The notes under the pieces are model-generated. The model saw nothing but the letters and a program-made list of their open reading frames with translations, ran no database searches and was not told the origin of the DNA. Shown piece by piece: positions 61,997 to 64,000 of a DNA stretch of 64,000 bases (its first letter is position 1; the number at the start of each line of letters is the position of its first letter). The stretch spans positions 9,291-73,290 of the forward strand of contig JBHPFX010000004.1 in assembly GCA_042570925.1 (NCBI GenBank), in the 5' to 3' direction. The DNA is from Patescibacteria group bacterium (GTDB lineage: Bacteria > Patescibacteriota > Patescibacteriia > UBA10025). A program made the translations under genes and the position numbers.

Positions 61997-62779
61997 TTAC
62001 TTCAGCATTTTTTTCACTTTATTATACATTGATGGCTTCACGAGAGCTGACAACGACAGATGTCCGCCCTTTTGTATAATTATCATTTTACTTCCTGTTT
62101 TTTTAGAAAATCTTATTGCCGGCTTCAACGGTACCACCTTATCATCTTTTGCATGGATAATAAGAAGCTTGTTACCATCTAACTTATCCACTTGTGACAT
62201 GGGATTATAAAACGATCCGCTGTATAACTTACGAAAACTGTTTTTATTAAAACGGTATCCATTCCCGAATGCTTCTTTCGTAAACCATTTGAGCCACGAT
62301 AATGGCTCTGTCTTTCCTTGAGCCCGCCAGTCAATCACCGGTGAAAGGGCAACAACCTTCGTAACCCGTGAATCATTTGATGCGAGGATAACAGCCGGCC
62401 CACCAAAGCTTGATCCCATGAGAAAAAGTTTCTTTGGGGTAATCTTGAATTTTTTCTTTGAATAAAAGTCGGTAAAACCTTTTGTAATGCCCGAAATCAC
62501 ATCCAGCACATCCTGATGAGGTGATTTTTGTAAGAACGTTCCTCCGCTCTCCCATGTTCCCCGATATCTCGGATAAAACACCCAAAAGCCTTTTTTAGCA
62601 AAAAACTCCATCACATCTTTTTTTGCCGGAACACTCGGCATGCCACTGCAAATAATAACTACTTTCTGCGACTTCTTATTTGGAGGAAGAAATTCTGTAA
62701 CGATGTCCTTAGCAAATCTCGTTCGTAAAGTATGCATGTTATTAAAAATGTTCTTTTGTTTGATAAGCGGATGAATCAT
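61997..62779 (-). CDS. alpha/beta hydrolase (S9/dienelactone-hydrolase-like)
   Basis: Nucleophile elbow LMGSSFGG and late HAKDD/GGH motifs. Start set to ATG 62779, which forms an ATGA overlap with the upstream stop. Confidence 0.75.
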   Translation of the reverse strand: MIHPLIKQKNIFNNMHTLRTRFAKDIVTEFLPPNKKSQKVVIICSGMPSVPAKKDVMEFFAKKGFWVFYPRYRGTWESGGTFLQKSPHQDVLDVISGITKGFTDFYSKKKFKITPKKLFLMGSSFGGPAVILASNDSRVTKVVALSPVIDWRAQGKTEPLSWLKWFTKEAFGNGYRFNKNSFRKLYSGSFYNPMSQVDKLDGNKLLIIHAKDDKVVPLKPAIRFSKKTGSKMIIIQKGGHLSLSALVKPSMYNKVKKMLK

Positions 62780-63033
62780 CTCCTTTTTATCCACCATTTT
62801 TTTATTACCGGGAGTGAAACCAATGAAAGCACAAAACCTCCAGTCGGAATAAACGCCTTTAACCACGGCATGGAATCTTTAATTACTTCAAGCCAAATAC
62901 CGGCAATGATGTATGTAATTACCGCTATAACAATCCTTCGAGTCCAACTCAGCTCCCATGCCTTATCAGCCTCGACACGTTTATTTCGCTCTTTAATACT
63001 TCCAATTTCTTTTTGGATCTCTTCGTCAATCAT
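62776..63033 (-). CDS. small two-TM membrane protein
   Basis: 85 aa with a charged N-terminal helix and two TM. ATGA overlaps on both sides. Confidence 0.55.
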   Translation of the reverse strand: MIDEEIQKEIGSIKERNKRVEADKAWELSWTRRIVIAVITYIIAGIWLEVIKDSMPWLKAFIPTGGFVLSLVSLPVIKKWWIKRR

Positions 63034-63395
63034 ACACCTTCAGCCCAATTAAGATCTCCATCTGGCGGTTCGTCCACTCGAAAAACAAGTACAATAAGAT
63101 CATCCTTTGAATTATTAATAAACTCGTGCGTATCCCCTTTTTCACATAGAAAGAAATCTCCGACTTTTAAGTTGTGATCCTTACCATTGATCTTGACTAT
63201 TCCTTTTCCCTCAACCACATAGAAGACTTCTGTTTGCACTTTGTGATAGTGGGGTTTGATGCTTTCTCCCGGAACAAACTTAACGATTTGGAACTTCGTT
63301 CCTTTCTTCTTAAAATCCTTTTCATCGTATACAACATGTTTTGTATATGAAAAGCGCTTTTTCCAGTTAAGATCTTTTATTCGCCCTTTTTTCAT
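63030..63395 (-). CDS. cupin domain protein
   Basis: GESIKPHYHKVQTEVFYVVEGKG...GDTHEF cupin motifs 1 and 2. Confidence 0.75.
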   Translation of the reverse strand: MKKGRIKDLNWKKRFSYTKHVVYDEKDFKKKGTKFQIVKFVPGESIKPHYHKVQTEVFYVVEGKGIVKINGKDHNLKVGDFFLCEKGDTHEFINNSKDDLIVLVFRVDEPPDGDLNWAEGV

Positions 63396-63457
63396 ATAAT
63401 TTGAAAAGTTAACGTGGTTCTATGATAGCGCATGAGGCTGCATTAATACAATTACAA

Positions 63458-64000
63458 TTATTCTTTGGGCACATGTCGTTTAAATGTGGACATCATGATT
63501 ATGAACAATACTACCAACGAACCCATACCAATATACATAGATATCATGCGGATAAAAGACAAGGCAATCGGATTTTTCTTCAATACGTTAAATTCAGTTA
63601 CATATATCGTTTCACATGCTCCATTTCCCGTGTCTTCTCGAATCGTGCTGGTACCCCGTTCGAACAATTCATCTCCGTCTTCGGTATTTGTCACGCTGTA
63701 TTCACTTAAATATCCCTTGATATGCACCTGGTCTCCGACTCGGGCATCCTTAATGGCATGATATATATCATCATTTGAGGGTAGCAGATGATTGTTTGAT
63801 ATATATGAATTATGGAATGCCTGATAATCCTCACGTGAATTGAAATTCCAATAGCAGGTAAAGTCACCGCTTGTGTATTTCCCAGTTTTGTAAATTTCTG
63901 AATCAACATTCTTCCCCCATACGACACAGATGTCCCTTGAATTAAAAGGATCGTTCGCATGGTAATAGTCATACCATGACCCACTGTCATGAAGCGACAC
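63458..64000 (-). CDS. hypothetical protein with C-terminal TM anchor (5' end outside the window)
   Basis: The ORF runs off the window end. C-terminal TM MISMYIGMGSLVVLFIIMMS. No family recognised. Confidence 0.5.
   Translation of the reverse strand: MSLHDSGSWYDYYHANDPFNSRDICVVWGKNVDSEIYKTGKYTSGDFTCYWNFNSREDYQAFHNSYISNNHLLPSNDDIYHAIKDARVGDQVHIKGYLSEYSVTNTEDGDELFERGTSTIREDTGNGACETIYVTEFNVLKKNPIALSFIRMISMYIGMGSLVVLFIIMMSTFKRHVPKE

Noticed and set aside
1-64000. Alternative genetic code (UGA recoding, as in some CPR lineages), tRNA/rRNA genes, mobile elements, prophage, toxin-antitoxin or known defence systems
   Set aside because: Full-length conserved proteins terminate at TGA, TAA and TAG, including ATGA overlaps, so the standard code fits. 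I found no cloverleaf-like conserved T-arm or anticodon context, no rRNA motifs, and no transposase, integrase, recombinase, reverse transcriptase, cas, restriction or abortive-infection hallmark motifs. tRNAscan/Infernal and DefenseFinder/PADLOC runs would be the decisive checks.

Overview
Gene-dense, AT-rich bacterial chromosomal fragment that reads cleanly with the standard genetic code. I call about 75 protein-coding genes, with short or overlapping gaps and several ATGA start/stop overlaps. I recognised no rRNA, tRNA, CRISPR array, transposase, integrase or prophage gene. Housekeeping blocks: serS-alr-ddl-FtsQ-like (0.6-5.1 kb); M23 peptidase-gltX-permease (5.2-9.1 kb); SRAP and dinB (9.1-11.1 kb); xseA-xseB (17.9-19.3 kb); priA-def-fmt (35.2-38.5 kb); NUDIX-GDPD-prs-MazG-like-folC (40.2-43.8 kb); ferritin; and a long minus-strand sugar-phosphate gene run (48.9-55.3 kb: rpiB, rpe, split transketolase, class II aldolase, PfkB kinase, PHP, YjeF_N) preceded by Crp/Fnr, glutaredoxin-like and CoA-binding genes. 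The gene content fits a reduced-genome CPR/Patescibacteria-type organism: split tkt, pilin-like and giant surface proteins, archaeal-type translin-like and presenilin-like genes, and no respiratory or TCA genes. That placement is inference only. Candidates for something undescribed, none provable from sequence alone: (1) a five-gene exported Cys/His/Met-rich cluster around DUF411 and DsbA at 21.9-24.6 kb with no known pump or regulator; (2) a tightly packed NUDIX-like/ExoVII/acidic protein/translin (C3PO-like) operon at 17.1-20.0 kb; (3) three consecutive pilin-like genes, one with a lectin-like domain (13.5-17.0 kb); (4) an operon of a repeat-bearing secreted protein, a LigB-like protein, a CofE-like protein and a 6-TM protein (31.0-34.7 kb); (5) a PriA whose ATPase motifs are all degenerate; (6) a perfect CRP-type palindrome upstream of ferritin; (7) a promoter, short ORF and terminator hairpin in the leader of a histidine kinase that sits among three output-less receiver proteins. 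Family calls come from motif recognition by eye. No database search was run.
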